Virus record (IMG/VR): IMGVR_UViG_3300035034_000127
Location: 8,031 to 72,030 of that record
DNA length: 64,000 bases
From: a virus
Taxonomy: Duplodnaviria; Caudoviricetes
Strand: one strand, 5' to 3'
The translations under genes and the position numbers were made by a program. The notes under the pieces were generated by a model, which made no database searches, had not been told where the DNA came from, and was given only the letters and a program-made list of their open reading frames with translations. Positions 42,061 to 51,896 of the stretch are shown here, piece by piece; within the stretch, counting starts at the first letter, position 1, and each line of letters opens with the position of its first letter.

Positions 42061-44658
42061 TCAGCTAGTGCTCTGCATGCCAGGAAGAATAGAGTCATCT
42101 ACTCCGCTAGGCTCGTTAGTATCTGATGCGCCACCGGCTACTAATGGCACTCCGTCATCTCTATTGTCTGACGGCCCTTTAGGTATAAAGCCTCTGCGAA
42201 AGTTAAATGCTCCGCCTTCACCTTTGTACGCGCTGAAATGCATAGCATCGTCAATCGACTGCCATGCACCTCCCCAGCCTAATCCATGTTTATTTGCTAA
42301 CGAAAGCGTTGATCTTGGCATATCAGTAATAGGAGCATTTGGTGGCCGGGGTGAAAAGAACCCGTTTGGTCCGTTGTTAAACACTGGATTAGGTGGGTTA
42401 ATATCTATAGCGCCGCCGCTGGCGTGAATCGACCATCCTGATCCACTTACTGTTTCTCGTTTAGCATATCCAAGTAATGTCCTTATCTGATAACCAGTAG
42501 ACTCTAGGTCATCAATGAATCCCTGGAAATTAGTAACAAACACCTCTGCTACTTGCGCTGATAAGCCAGTCCTAGTTGTAATTGTACCTAACGCGCCGTC
42601 ACCTATAAAGAAACGCTGAGAAATATTTGACGGTGTTCCTCTATCTGGGTCTATTCTAGCACCATTAGCATACGAAGTAATAGAATTTTTAGATTCCACT
42701 GTGTTGTTAGTAATCGTAGAGTCACCGGTGCCGCCATCAAAGTTTTCTCCTCCGCCACTGTTAAACACAGTTTGACTGGACTGAGGACCAAACCCTCTAG
42801 TAAATGTATCAGGTGTAAGTATCCTGTCATTTACTGCTAACCCTCCTGGATCCTCTCTGTCAGACTGCTCTTTCTTATAAGCTTGTGGATTCATATTTTC
42901 GTGATGTGACCACGGTTCATGTTGCGGTGCTCTTGTTAATATGCTTTCATAGGGTACTGGTTTTGCAGAACCAGGAAACATATAAGGCAGCGTAACAGTA
43001 GATAGTTCTTCTGCACGTTCAGCGTCTACTGCATCTTCCGCAGTCAGTGCAATTTTTACGGACGGACTTGCTGCTCCTACTGATCCTGCGGCTCCTTCAA
43101 TACTAATGCCAGCAATTGCACTGATAGCCATTGCGCTTTTTGACTCTATTACCGCAGTACCAGCAGTGACCTTATACGCTTTGCCAATATTTTGACTTAA
43201 AATTCCAGCAACTGAAAAACTGCTATTTGCTTTTATAGCAACGTCACTAGAGGTTGCGCTTAATAAATAGGAAAGACCGGCACTGTCATGCAGTGTTTTG
43301 CCAGCAGTTCTATATATACTGCTGGTTGCTTTTTCATGAATAGACTTGTTTGACAGAAAATTTATGTTTTGTTTTGCATGAAGATTGTAGGCTTGATCTA
43401 TTAACTGGTTTGAATCTAGCCCTATCACTACATCGCTGTTTCCTTCTATAGTATGTTTAAAATTGTTGCCCACTAATATGTTGGTATCCCATGCACTTTC
43501 TATTTGTATTCTGCCACTTTGCTTATTATCTAAAAACTGTGCACTATCGGAATAACGTGCACTTGCTTTCATATTAATGTTTCGACCTGCATCAATATTG
43601 AAATCTCGTTCAGCAGTAAAGTTAATATCAGTATCTGACATTACAGAAATACTGTCTTGAGCATGTATATCTATCTTTCCATCAGATGTAAACTCTATCC
43701 AAGCTGTACCACGGCTGTTTCCAATATATATTAGATCCTCCGAATTATGTAGTACAATTTGGTGTCCGGTCCTAGTTCGAAAACGCATCAACTCGTTCTG
43801 GGGTATAGTTGTATCGCCTCCAGTTTCACCAGCTTGCTTGTTTACATAAATTGGTGGGCCGTCTTCTGCATGAGTTTTACGCACAAACTTTTCGTCGCCG
43901 TCGTCCATAACAAAACTAGATCCGCCTAACCTATTGTAAGGAACACTTGCACTTTTTTTGTTTGGTCCGAAATTTGCTCTTGGAGCGCCGGTGCGTTTGT
44001 CTCTTGGTCCTGGTGTCGATATACCAAATACCATCGACGGAACTTCACGACGTGCTGAAGTAGTAGTAGTGCCCCTTGACTCATCGGTTAGCAACCCTTG
44101 AATTTCAAGAATTCGCGTAAAGTCTTTGTTGTAAGGCTTTTTAAACAACGTAGGGTCTAAAGAATCACCTGTTTCTATAAGTTTATTGTATTCACCTACA
44201 GGTAACTTTGCGCCTTCTAATTCTGGCGGGGTTTCTGGTGTTGTAAGTGTTGTGCTAGGTCTTCCGTCTGGAACCATAAAGTTCATGTAGTCGTCTTGGA
44301 TACACCCAATCCAATAGCCATAGTTGGGATTGCCTTCAGCAAAAGTAACAAGAACCTTTGTACCTACATCAGGAGGTACAGCCCAGAATCCGTAGCTTTT
44401 TTGAGAGTTAGCATACCCATCTTGTGGAGTGGCACCTTTTCCAGGTGTTACTCCGTAAAAAGGACTGAGGTATCTCACGTTGAAAACTTCGCCGCTTTTT
44501 TCTGGAGTGTTAGCACCTCCTGTGTACTTTAATATTTCAACCTCAAGTGATCCCATGTAACGAGTATCAAGGTTGTTTACTACAATCGCCTCATACGGCC
44601 CTGCATTTTTTACTATTGTATTATTGATCGCTGAACGACTATACGAATCTTGCGACAT
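42061..44658 (-). CDS. gp5: Baseplate central spike (gp5/VgrG-like) with C-terminal M15-type peptidoglycan peptidase
   Basis: OB-fold PPDVGTKVLVTFAEG, RTRTGHQI, beta-helix repeats; C-terminal SIHASGGAIDIN...GLGWGGAW...DAMHF (SxH..D, WGG.W, D..H). Confidence 0.8.
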   Translation of the reverse strand: MSQDSYSRSAINNTIVKNAGPYEAIVVNNLDTRYMGSLEVEILKYTGGANTPEKSGEVFNVRYLSPFYGVTPGKGATPQDGYANSQKSYGFWAVPPDVGTKVLVTFAEGNPNYGYWIGCIQDDYMNFMVPDGRPSTTLTTPETPPELEGAKLPVGEYNKLIETGDSLDPTLFKKPYNKDFTRILEIQGLLTDESRGTTTTSARREVPSMVFGISTPGPRDKRTGAPRANFGPNKKSASVPYNRLGGSSFVMDDGDEKFVRKTHAEDGPPIYVNKQAGETGGDTTIPQNELMRFRTRTGHQIVLHNSEDLIYIGNSRGTAWIEFTSDGKIDIHAQDSISVMSDTDINFTAERDFNIDAGRNINMKASARYSDSAQFLDNKQSGRIQIESAWDTNILVGNNFKHTIEGNSDVVIGLDSNQLIDQAYNLHAKQNINFLSNKSIHEKATSSIYRTAGKTLHDSAGLSYLLSATSSDVAIKANSSFSVAGILSQNIGKAYKVTAGTAVIESKSAMAISAIAGISIEGAAGSVGAASPSVKIALTAEDAVDAERAEELSTVTLPYMFPGSAKPVPYESILTRAPQHEPWSHHENMNPQAYKKEQSDREDPGGLAVNDRILTPDTFTRGFGPQSSQTVFNSGGGENFDGGTGDSTITNNTVESKNSITSYANGARIDPDRGTPSNISQRFFIGDGALGTITTRTGLSAQVAEVFVTNFQGFIDDLESTGYQIRTLLGYAKRETVSGSGWSIHASGGAIDINPPNPVFNNGPNGFFSPRPPNAPITDMPRSTLSLANKHGLGWGGAWQSIDDAMHFSAYKGEGGAFNFRRGFIPKGPSDNRDDGVPLVAGGASDTNEPSGVDDSILPGMQSTS

Positions 44659-44675
44659 CTAAAACTCCTGTGCTG

Positions 44676-45755
44676 TTACCTAGCACCAGTTAATGGACTG
44701 CTAGGCAATGCTTTCTTAATCTGTATTCTGGTCAGAGGAACTGGTGGACCCTGTCTTGTATCCTGCTCTTGGGTATCTGCTGCTAGGTCTTTTTCTGCAG
44801 ATGCATTGTCGTAAACTGAACCTGCTCCTCCGGGTACAGGCCCGGGAAAGCCTGGCGGAGCAACTGCGCCAGAGTTAGTAGTTCTTCCTAGGGCCGGTCC
44901 TATGTTGCCGTTAATGATAGGATTAGCTGCTGCTGCGCCGGTTCCGTAGAGCAGCAGGTCTTTCACAGTCTGTCCAGTTCTAAAATCATAACGATCATCT
45001 AGAGGATCTAACGGTCGATAATCGTAAACATTTTTACTATCAGGCAACTCAGCAGCAGGAAGAGGACGAGCGCCGGCATTTCCGCCAGTGAATGCACCCA
45101 CTCCTATACCAGCAGCAATCGCCGCGGTCTGTGACTTGGGAGTAGATCCTGTTGCTGGGATAACTCCGTTTGGCCCAGACTCTAGTATCGACACAACTCG
45201 AACTGCTCCCTCAGTTATTTCTAAAATGTCTTCTAGTTCCTGGAAGAACGTGTCTGCATTGTGTGTAGTTGTGTTGAATGCTTCTGTAGAATAATAACTC
45301 TCGCCCTTAACTACTCGACGGTAGGCTCCATTTAGCGGGTAAGGTACTGGAATACTAGAAAACTCCTGTGCTAATCTAATCATAAACTTATCAGATGTCA
45401 GTACGCCAGCTAACCATTGGTTCAGTAACCTAACGCTCTTTAATCGAGCAATCATCAAAGCATCCTGTATGCCGGCTGTGAATCTAATTTTTCCTGCATC
45501 TACCGCTAAAACACTTATGCTCTGTTTCAAGTCAGTTCTTAACAATTGATAACGTCCCACTGCGTTTGATCCAAAACCTTCGTTAGTTCTTACTTCTTGA
45601 AACCGCAAGACTTCACTAAGTGTCATTTGTGTTAGACTAGGTTCTGACGTACTAGGCCATAAACTAGTATAGGAGTTTGCTCCTTTCAGAGCCTCTCCTT
45701 TGCTAACAAGAGCTAATAACGCAATTTGCTGTGCTGTAATTGTTATTTCTGACAT
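44676..45755 (-). CDS. Lysozyme-like (lambda-type/GH104-like) tail-associated muramidase
   Basis: LLALVSKGE (catalytic-type Glu), MTLSEV...Q, AVGRYQ, QD.L, LAQEFSSIP. Confidence 0.6.
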   Translation of the reverse strand: MSEITITAQQIALLALVSKGEALKGANSYTSLWPSTSEPSLTQMTLSEVLRFQEVRTNEGFGSNAVGRYQLLRTDLKQSISVLAVDAGKIRFTAGIQDALMIARLKSVRLLNQWLAGVLTSDKFMIRLAQEFSSIPVPYPLNGAYRRVVKGESYYSTEAFNTTTHNADTFFQELEDILEITEGAVRVVSILESGPNGVIPATGSTPKSQTAAIAAGIGVGAFTGGNAGARPLPAAELPDSKNVYDYRPLDPLDDRYDFRTGQTVKDLLLYGTGAAAANPIINGNIGPALGRTTNSGAVAPPGFPGPVPGGAGSVYDNASAEKDLAADTQEQDTRQGPPVPLTRIQIKKALPSSPLTGAR

Positions 45756-45820
45756 TTATATTTCCCTTGCTCTTTACTTATATTACGTTTTAATATTAAA
45801 ATGCAGTTTGGAAGAATTGT

Positions 45821-48739
45821 CTACCTGCTTGTTTGATTAACGTTAACTCTTCTAATAGCAGACGAAAGTGCTGCTTGACCAGTTGCTGCATTTTCCCGAT
45901 TTGTTGGCGGTGCTGTAAATACTGAATTATTTTGATCAGTTACACCGTTAGAGTCTACAGGAACAACATTTATCAGAGGCTCAACATCTGTAGCGCTAGA
46001 CGATTGTTCAACAGGGTTCTGTGCAGGTCGAGCTGTACTTGGCTTTCCTGGGGTATCACTGTACACTACAGCATCACTAAGCTTAGCACTATCGTCTAGT
46101 ATAACTGGACCAGCATTATTAGGTGTTGAAGGATCGTCTTGTCCTCTTCTTCTAATTAACTTAATATTCTGCTCAAACTTGCCGCCTGAAAACGTATTAG
46201 TAACAGCCCAAACGCTAAACAGTCCGCTAAACTGCTTTACTACTCTAGGAAATTCCATTGTAGCTCCTTCAACTTGATAATCAAACGGAGTTTTAAAATT
46301 CACTATAACAAATACCTCGTCCATCATGTAGTTAACTGTGCCTTCTTCCAAAACGTTAGAATTCTTAATAGGGCTGCCTTTAAAGTTTCCAGTTTGTTGA
46401 GGTATGAAAAAAGGGTCTCCCATTATTTTCATTTCAGCAGTGATCATGTCAAGTGTTTGATTTATTATGGAATTATGAAATTGCTGCGCTATTCTTAGAC
46501 GCATATCAGGCGACCTAGATCCGCTGTCCGGAATTAAGGAAGCTTGTCTATGTGTCATTTCGCCTATTTTAGCACCCGGTTCTGAATCAGGATTACCACA
46601 ACCTTGTTTTACTACAGAAGCTCCAGTAGTTGCTGCTAGTGAGCCGGTACTAACTGCGCTGTCTGCACTGCCTACACCTCCGACGTTTTGCCCGTAATTA
46701 CTAAATGCGGTTAGCATAAAAGCATTGTTAAACACTAGGTCAAAGTCCAGTATTTCCTCGTTTCGACCGGTATAGATATAATTGTATTCCTTTGCAGCCT
46801 TTGCTCTAAGCTGTTCTGTAGTATTTGGCGTTGGCTTTTGATTTGTAGCTAGAGTTTTTGCTTCGTCTGGATAATACGGAATAACATTAAACAAATATAT
46901 CTTAGCAAGTGAGCCACGTTGGCATTCTGATGACGGATTAGGATCAATAAACACCTGTGTATCTATCTTGAACCAGTTTCGTGTACCGTTAGCAGCGCTG
47001 ATAGCAGTAGACTCTACAGCAGCGTATTGACTTCTCAGTACTACCTTTTCTATCATAGTAATTATTGTTTCGCCTTGACTGAATTTATGTTCTCTTGCTT
47101 TAGGACTAGGATTGTTCCCGGTACGACCAGTATCTTCAAACAACTCAGTTTCAGGGTTGTATACCTGCGCTGGTACAGCTTGAGCTTGGTCGCCGCCCTC
47201 ACTAACATCGTCTACAATTGAACTTAAACCAATATTGTTCATTTGTCTAGTGTCACGAGCATACTGCTGCAATCTTTCATATAAACTCGAGTTAGGAGCA
47301 ACTGATATTTTATTAGTGTTTACAGTTGCACTACCCAGCACAGGAGTTACACCCTGCTCCTGTTTAAGTTCCACATTTCTTGATAATCCGTCATCTTTGT
47401 CTACAACTTCCCTAGAAACTGTGCTATTAAAGCCATCTAGGTCACGAGGGAAAGCAATTATAAATCTGTCGTTCTTTGTGGTAACATTTTTGTCTTCGAG
47501 ATTAGCCAATCGTTGATTCATTGTTTCAGCTACACTAGTGTCTTCGCCGTTTAACACTTCCCATACGTTTGATCCTACTGCGTTAATAGTAGTCTTTGTT
47601 TCGTTAATATTATCATCTAGTGCAGTTTCGCTAAACGGCACTGCCATTACAAAATATTCACTACCTGCACCGCTTACACTGAGCTCTACTTTGGTTATCT
47701 TTATAGGTACGTAGATAGGCTTTCCGATATATTTTGTCGACCATTCACCGTATTCGTTCCATCCTACAAAGTCAATTCTTATGCAAAACGGTGCATCAAT
47801 ATAGTTAGAGTATCCTTCAAACTTTGCTGAACCAATAAGTGCTTGAATAAAATTACCCATTGAAAACGGTTCAGTTACTTTAAACGATAGGGTTGTGCCT
47901 AGTGCCACTCCAGTATTTTGATTAGGTGCTATTACTGCGTCCATTTCTAGGTCGTCTATATAGTACTCCGCATCGCCTCCGCTTGCAGAGTTTATTTCGT
48001 CCTGTACTTTGTAACGATTGGCATAATTTCCGCCGGATGACTTGATTATATAAGACGCAAAGTCGCCTCTATTTCGGTAGGTGTTGGGATCGTTATATTC
48101 TCGAGGATTTAACACTCCTAGCGTAATGATATAATTGTAGGTGTTGTGATTTCTTAAAGGATTAGGTATTTTGCCTGTAGAGATATTACTTGCCCGTATT
48201 GTGCTGGCCCGCTGCATCGAATCTTCAGCAGAAGTAATATTTTGCCATTTCTCAGGCACAAGGTCACGTAAGCTGTCTTCATTGTCCTGGCCTGCTATGC
48301 GTCGTCTAATAGGTGTATAATCGTCGTTACTACCAGCAGGCAACACTGACGCTACCGAAGCGGTGCTTGTTTTTGTTTCAAAATTGCCCGACGGTGCGGC
48401 CTGTGCAGCATCGGTAGTGACAGGAGGCACTACAGGCGGCGCTGTTGCTCCGAGGGTTGCGGCCAGCTTTTTAGCACGTTCAGCAGCTTCCGTTTTTTCC
48501 ATCTGGGCAACAACACGAAATACATTTTCGTTAAGTGTACGATCCCCCACAACAGAAACAGACTCCGGCTTTGGCGCGAAATCTTCCGGATTAGCAGCCC
48601 GCCTGTCGGCAGTAAACTGTGCAAGCCTATCCTGAAAATTTGTGGTTTTTAAATTGTCAGCGCGGATGCTTGCTTTTTCACTCTCACTTAAATTAGCAAC
48701 GCGGATTCTTTCTCTCTCACTTCCACTTATTCTTTCCAT
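45821..48739 (-). CDS. Baseplate hub / tail protein (gp27-like position)
   Basis: PNPL...TYNYIITL, F.VTEPFS, KEYNYIYTG.N, MKIMGDPFF, FSGLF.V..V...FSGGKFEQ; sits between gp53-like and gp5-like genes. Confidence 0.6.
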   Translation of the reverse strand: MERISGSERERIRVANLSESEKASIRADNLKTTNFQDRLAQFTADRRAANPEDFAPKPESVSVVGDRTLNENVFRVVAQMEKTEAAERAKKLAATLGATAPPVVPPVTTDAAQAAPSGNFETKTSTASVASVLPAGSNDDYTPIRRRIAGQDNEDSLRDLVPEKWQNITSAEDSMQRASTIRASNISTGKIPNPLRNHNTYNYIITLGVLNPREYNDPNTYRNRGDFASYIIKSSGGNYANRYKVQDEINSASGGDAEYYIDDLEMDAVIAPNQNTGVALGTTLSFKVTEPFSMGNFIQALIGSAKFEGYSNYIDAPFCIRIDFVGWNEYGEWSTKYIGKPIYVPIKITKVELSVSGAGSEYFVMAVPFSETALDDNINETKTTINAVGSNVWEVLNGEDTSVAETMNQRLANLEDKNVTTKNDRFIIAFPRDLDGFNSTVSREVVDKDDGLSRNVELKQEQGVTPVLGSATVNTNKISVAPNSSLYERLQQYARDTRQMNNIGLSSIVDDVSEGGDQAQAVPAQVYNPETELFEDTGRTGNNPSPKAREHKFSQGETIITMIEKVVLRSQYAAVESTAISAANGTRNWFKIDTQVFIDPNPSSECQRGSLAKIYLFNVIPYYPDEAKTLATNQKPTPNTTEQLRAKAAKEYNYIYTGRNEEILDFDLVFNNAFMLTAFSNYGQNVGGVGSADSAVSTGSLAATTGASVVKQGCGNPDSEPGAKIGEMTHRQASLIPDSGSRSPDMRLRIAQQFHNSIINQTLDMITAEMKIMGDPFFIPQQTGNFKGSPIKNSNVLEEGTVNYMMDEVFVIVNFKTPFDYQVEGATMEFPRVVKQFSGLFSVWAVTNTFSGGKFEQNIKLIRRRGQDDPSTPNNAGPVILDDSAKLSDAVVYSDTPGKPSTARPAQNPVEQSSSATDVEPLINVVPVDSNGVTDQNNSVFTAPPTNRENAATGQAALSSAIRRVNVNQTSR

Positions 48740-48740
48740 G

Positions 48741-49037
48741 TTATAAACCCAACTCCTTCCTTAGATTAGCACCTTGAGGCAACAATATTTTAGTACCTGC
48801 AACAAAATCGTACACAGGGTCTTTTATGATATCCGGATTACGCTGAGCAAACACCCACCACAACTCTTTCTTGCCATAGAGATCGTATGCCAGTAGGTCT
48901 GGTCGGTAAGTGTATGCCGGAGTAATTACATATAATACATCGTCGCCAGCAACTGGTACAGGCCTAGGAGTAAATATGTCTAAATATCCTGCTGGATTAA
49001 TTTGTGTGTTACTGTATGGTCCAAAGTTTTTAGACAT
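48741..49037 (-). CDS. gp53: Baseplate wedge gp53-like (LysM-like) protein
   Basis: YRPDLLAYDLYG...LWWVFAQRN motif. Confidence 0.75.
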   Translation of the reverse strand: MSKNFGPYSNTQINPAGYLDIFTPRPVPVAGDDVLYVITPAYTYRPDLLAYDLYGKKELWWVFAQRNPDIIKDPVYDFVAGTKILLPQGANLRKELGL

Positions 49038-49954
49038 TATACAAATCCTTCTGGTCCAGATATATGAGTTCCGTTAATGTAGTCCTGAAAGCTGAACTTG
49101 GATTGACTACGTCTTGCATAGTTTGGAGCTAGAGTAACAGTGAATACACTTTGAGTAGGTACATAATCAATCTCTCCTGCTACATTGCACTCTATGTAGT
49201 CAACATCAGCTGGCATATCAGTAGTGAAGTTGGTTATTACTACTGGTATATTGTTTAGAACGTGCTTACCGTAGCCGTTAAGTCTTGCAATAGGTGGCGG
49301 ATTGCCTAATGATTCTGTACTGGCTCCAGAGAACATCTTAGTCATCGCTCGTAAATAGTGCAGGCATGCTATCCAATACCTCGCATCTTCTTGATTTTCA
49401 TTATAAAACTCGCCTGTTATAGTTATATTATCAACTTGACTATTTTCATACACATGATATGGATAATTTGAATGCACAGGATGCATGTTAGTATAATTTG
49501 CAGTATGACCCAGTAATATTGTAGGAGTAAAAGGAAAGATCATTCTATTACCGGTTCTTGATAATTCTGCAATAATTGATCCTTGCATTACAACATCAGG
49601 CACACTAAGGCTAACTCGCCAGTCAACTGTGTCGCTACCAGTTAGTGAATCATTTAATATTACTCTTGGCAGACTTTTTGGTTCAGGAGCTGCACCTGGG
49701 AAGATTCGCTGAGCTGCATTACCTACCATCCTAATAGCTTTGCCAACATCAGAGTTAGCTCCGCCCTGCCTGGCGATTATGTTGTCTACTATCCCAATAG
49801 AGTTCTTTACTATCTCCCCGGTCTCTGCTCGATCAGCAGAATTATCCGAATCTTTCGTTCTCCTAAAGAACGAAGTCTGGTTGGCTAGACCACCTGAGCT
49901 GCTTGCCGAGGCATCACCGCCTGAGTTACTATTAAAAGCGCTAAAAATTGACAT
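49037..49954 (-). CDS. Tail tube initiator / baseplate protein (gp48/gp54-like)
   Basis: FPFTPTI, ITITGEF, PPPIARLNGYG, PVVITNF...P.DVDY. Confidence 0.6.
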   Translation of the reverse strand: MSIFSAFNSNSGGDASASSSGGLANQTSFFRRTKDSDNSADRAETGEIVKNSIGIVDNIIARQGGANSDVGKAIRMVGNAAQRIFPGAAPEPKSLPRVILNDSLTGSDTVDWRVSLSVPDVVMQGSIIAELSRTGNRMIFPFTPTILLGHTANYTNMHPVHSNYPYHVYENSQVDNITITGEFYNENQEDARYWIACLHYLRAMTKMFSGASTESLGNPPPIARLNGYGKHVLNNIPVVITNFTTDMPADVDYIECNVAGEIDYVPTQSVFTVTLAPNYARRSQSKFSFQDYINGTHISGPEGFV

Positions 49955-49981
49955 AAGTTGTTGATCTCCAACAGTATTTAG

Positions 49982-50015
49982 TTGACAAAATTAAGTATGT
50001 AGTTTATAATAAATA
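49982..50015 (+). promoter_or_regulatory. Consensus sigma70 promoter for the late sigma gene, overlapped by a TAAATA core
   Basis: TTGACA 49982-49987, 17-nt spacer, TATAAT 50005-50010; TAAATA 50010-50015; RBS AAGGAG 50022-50027. A divergent TAAATA on the minus strand at 49980-49975 points at the tail operon. Confidence 0.85.
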
Positions 50016-50033
50016 TATAATAAGGAGTAACAA

Positions 50034-51896
50034 TTGAGAAAACGCAATTACTTAAATAACAGAGATATCCTCAAAGAAATTCATAAATCTAAAAATACTT
50101 TCAATAGTTACGTTGAGCCTAGCTACAATCAATATGATATCATTCTCAAGAACGTGGATGATATACACTTATTGGAATCGTACATGGTTAACGACGAAGG
50201 CGAAACTGTCAAGATACTCGGAACTATAGCGCAAGCCAAAACTAACAAAGCAAAAAGACTGTCAACTGCTGAATATGAAAGAAGACGTATTGCTGGTGAA
50301 AAGGTTAAACAAGCGGAATGTGAAATTACTCCAGACGAAATCACTAAAGAAGAACTAATCTTCAGAGTCATGGATTTTGATCATATTCCTGAACAGCCGG
50401 GAAGAAAGAAAAATCCAAAAACAATAGCAGACACCAAGGTCAAGCTAAACTTTCCTCCTTTCAAGCATTACAAGTTTGAAGGAGATGATCTAGTATGTGT
50501 TGGAAAAAGTCATTGGAAAGGGGATTTGGAATCTGGACATTTTGACAGAGAACACGGCAAGGCCACAAATAATCTAGCTCTAATGTGGCTTAAATTAGTT
50601 GATAGATACGCTACTCGTGGGAATGTTAGAGGTTATTGTGTTGATATAAACACCGAAGCACTAACCGATCGTGGTTGGATGAGTATAAACGAAATTAGCG
50701 AAAATGATCAAATTTTATCATATACTGACGGCAATTTGAAATGGTCAAAAATTAAATCAATATACCGAGGTGACTATAACGGGTTAATGCACAAAATGAC
50801 TCTTCAAGGGTTTGACTCACTAGTAACGCCGGGGCACAAGTTTGTTACAGAACGGGGACTAGTTAAGGCCGAGCACCTTAAAGAAACTGACAAATTGGTA
50901 TTACTAGGTAATGCAGTAGTTGACATTACCCCTGCTGTATATACAGATGAATTTGTTGAATTAATTGGATGGATTGTAACCGAAGGATGTTATCAAAAAG
51001 GCAGAAACAACAAATTTGGATGCATTAGTGTCTATCAAAATAAAGGAATTTATGCTGATCGTATGAGAGACTGTTTAACAAAATTAAATTATAAATTTTC
51101 TGAAAATAAAGAAAAAAATATATGCTTTAGAATTTCTGCAGAATCTAGTAGAAACGTTGAATCTATCTTTAAAGAAAAAAACCTTAATATGAAATTTATA
51201 ATGTCATTGACATCAAATCAGCGGCAATTATTAATTGAGACAATGATTGACGGTGACGGATGGAGGACTAATGGGTATAAAAGATATTGTCAAAAAGATC
51301 CTGCTCACGTAAACCTATTCCAGGCAGTGTGTGCTATTTCTGGCATAAGAAGTAATTCTCATCTAGTAGATGGTGTGTCATTTGGGAAGCCTGTTACTTA
51401 CTATAACATAAACTTGTTTACCGAAAAGAAAAATACAACTAGAGTAGAATGTGTAAATTTTCACGGTGGGAAGAATAACGGCAGAAACAGAACAACTGGA
51501 CGCGGTAAAGAGTCACATCCTAACTATCCAACAACGCAGTATAACGGGAAAGTATGGTGCCCGGAAACTGAATATGGTAGTTTTGTAGCCAGAAGAAGTG
51601 GTGGGGTATTTTTAACCGGAAACACCTACAACGATGAAATGAAAGGCCAGGCGATACTACAACTAGCGCAAATAGGATTACAATTTGACGAATCCAAGTC
51701 AGACAATCCTTTCGCATATTATACGGCGGCTGTAACCAATTCGTTTGTGCGAGTGATAAATATTGAGAAGCGCAATCAAAACATACGTGACGATATACTT
51801 GAAATGAATGACTTAAATCCGTCACACACGCGAATAAATAACGGCAAGTGGGAAGCAGAGGTTAAACGCAATGAGTCTAACTCAGAAAACAATTGA
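50034..51896 (+). CDS. gp55: Late-transcription sigma factor (T4 gp55-like) containing an intein
   Basis: NYLNNRDIL N-terminus; the exteins join as RYATRGNVRGY|TYNDEMKGQAILQL...QFDESKSDNPFAYYT, the gp55 signature; upstream of gp47/gp46 as in T4. Confidence 0.85.
   Translation: MRKRNYLNNRDILKEIHKSKNTFNSYVEPSYNQYDIILKNVDDIHLLESYMVNDEGETVKILGTIAQAKTNKAKRLSTAEYERRRIAGEKVKQAECEITPDEITKEELIFRVMDFDHIPEQPGRKKNPKTIADTKVKLNFPPFKHYKFEGDDLVCVGKSHWKGDLESGHFDREHGKATNNLALMWLKLVDRYATRGNVRGYCVDINTEALTDRGWMSINEISENDQILSYTDGNLKWSKIKSIYRGDYNGLMHKMTLQGFDSLVTPGHKFVTERGLVKAEHLKETDKLVLLGNAVVDITPAVYTDEFVELIGWIVTEGCYQKGRNNKFGCISVYQNKGIYADRMRDCLTKLNYKFSENKEKNICFRISAESSRNVESIFKEKNLNMKFIMSLTSNQRQLLIETMIDGDGWRTNGYKRYCQKDPAHVNLFQAVCAISGIRSNSHLVDGVSFGKPVTYYNINLFTEKKNTTRVECVNFHGGKNNGRNRTTGRGKESHPNYPTTQYNGKVWCPETEYGSFVARRSGGVFLTGNTYNDEMKGQAILQLAQIGLQFDESKSDNPFAYYTAAVTNSFVRVINIEKRNQNIRDDILEMNDLNPSHTRINNGKWEAEVKRNESNSENN
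50637..51623 (+). mobile_element. Intein (329 aa) with LAGLIDADG homing endonuclease, in gp55
   Basis: Starts CVDINTEALT; block B VTPGHKF; LAGLIDADG-like ELIGWIVTEG and LIETMIDGDG; ends VWCP...FVARR...FLTGN followed by Thr(+1). Confidence 0.9.

Noticed and set aside
17445-49964. Many 60-150 aa plus-strand ORFs within the tail module
   Set aside because: Antisense to long, motif-bearing structural genes, with composition typical of reverse-frame artefacts.
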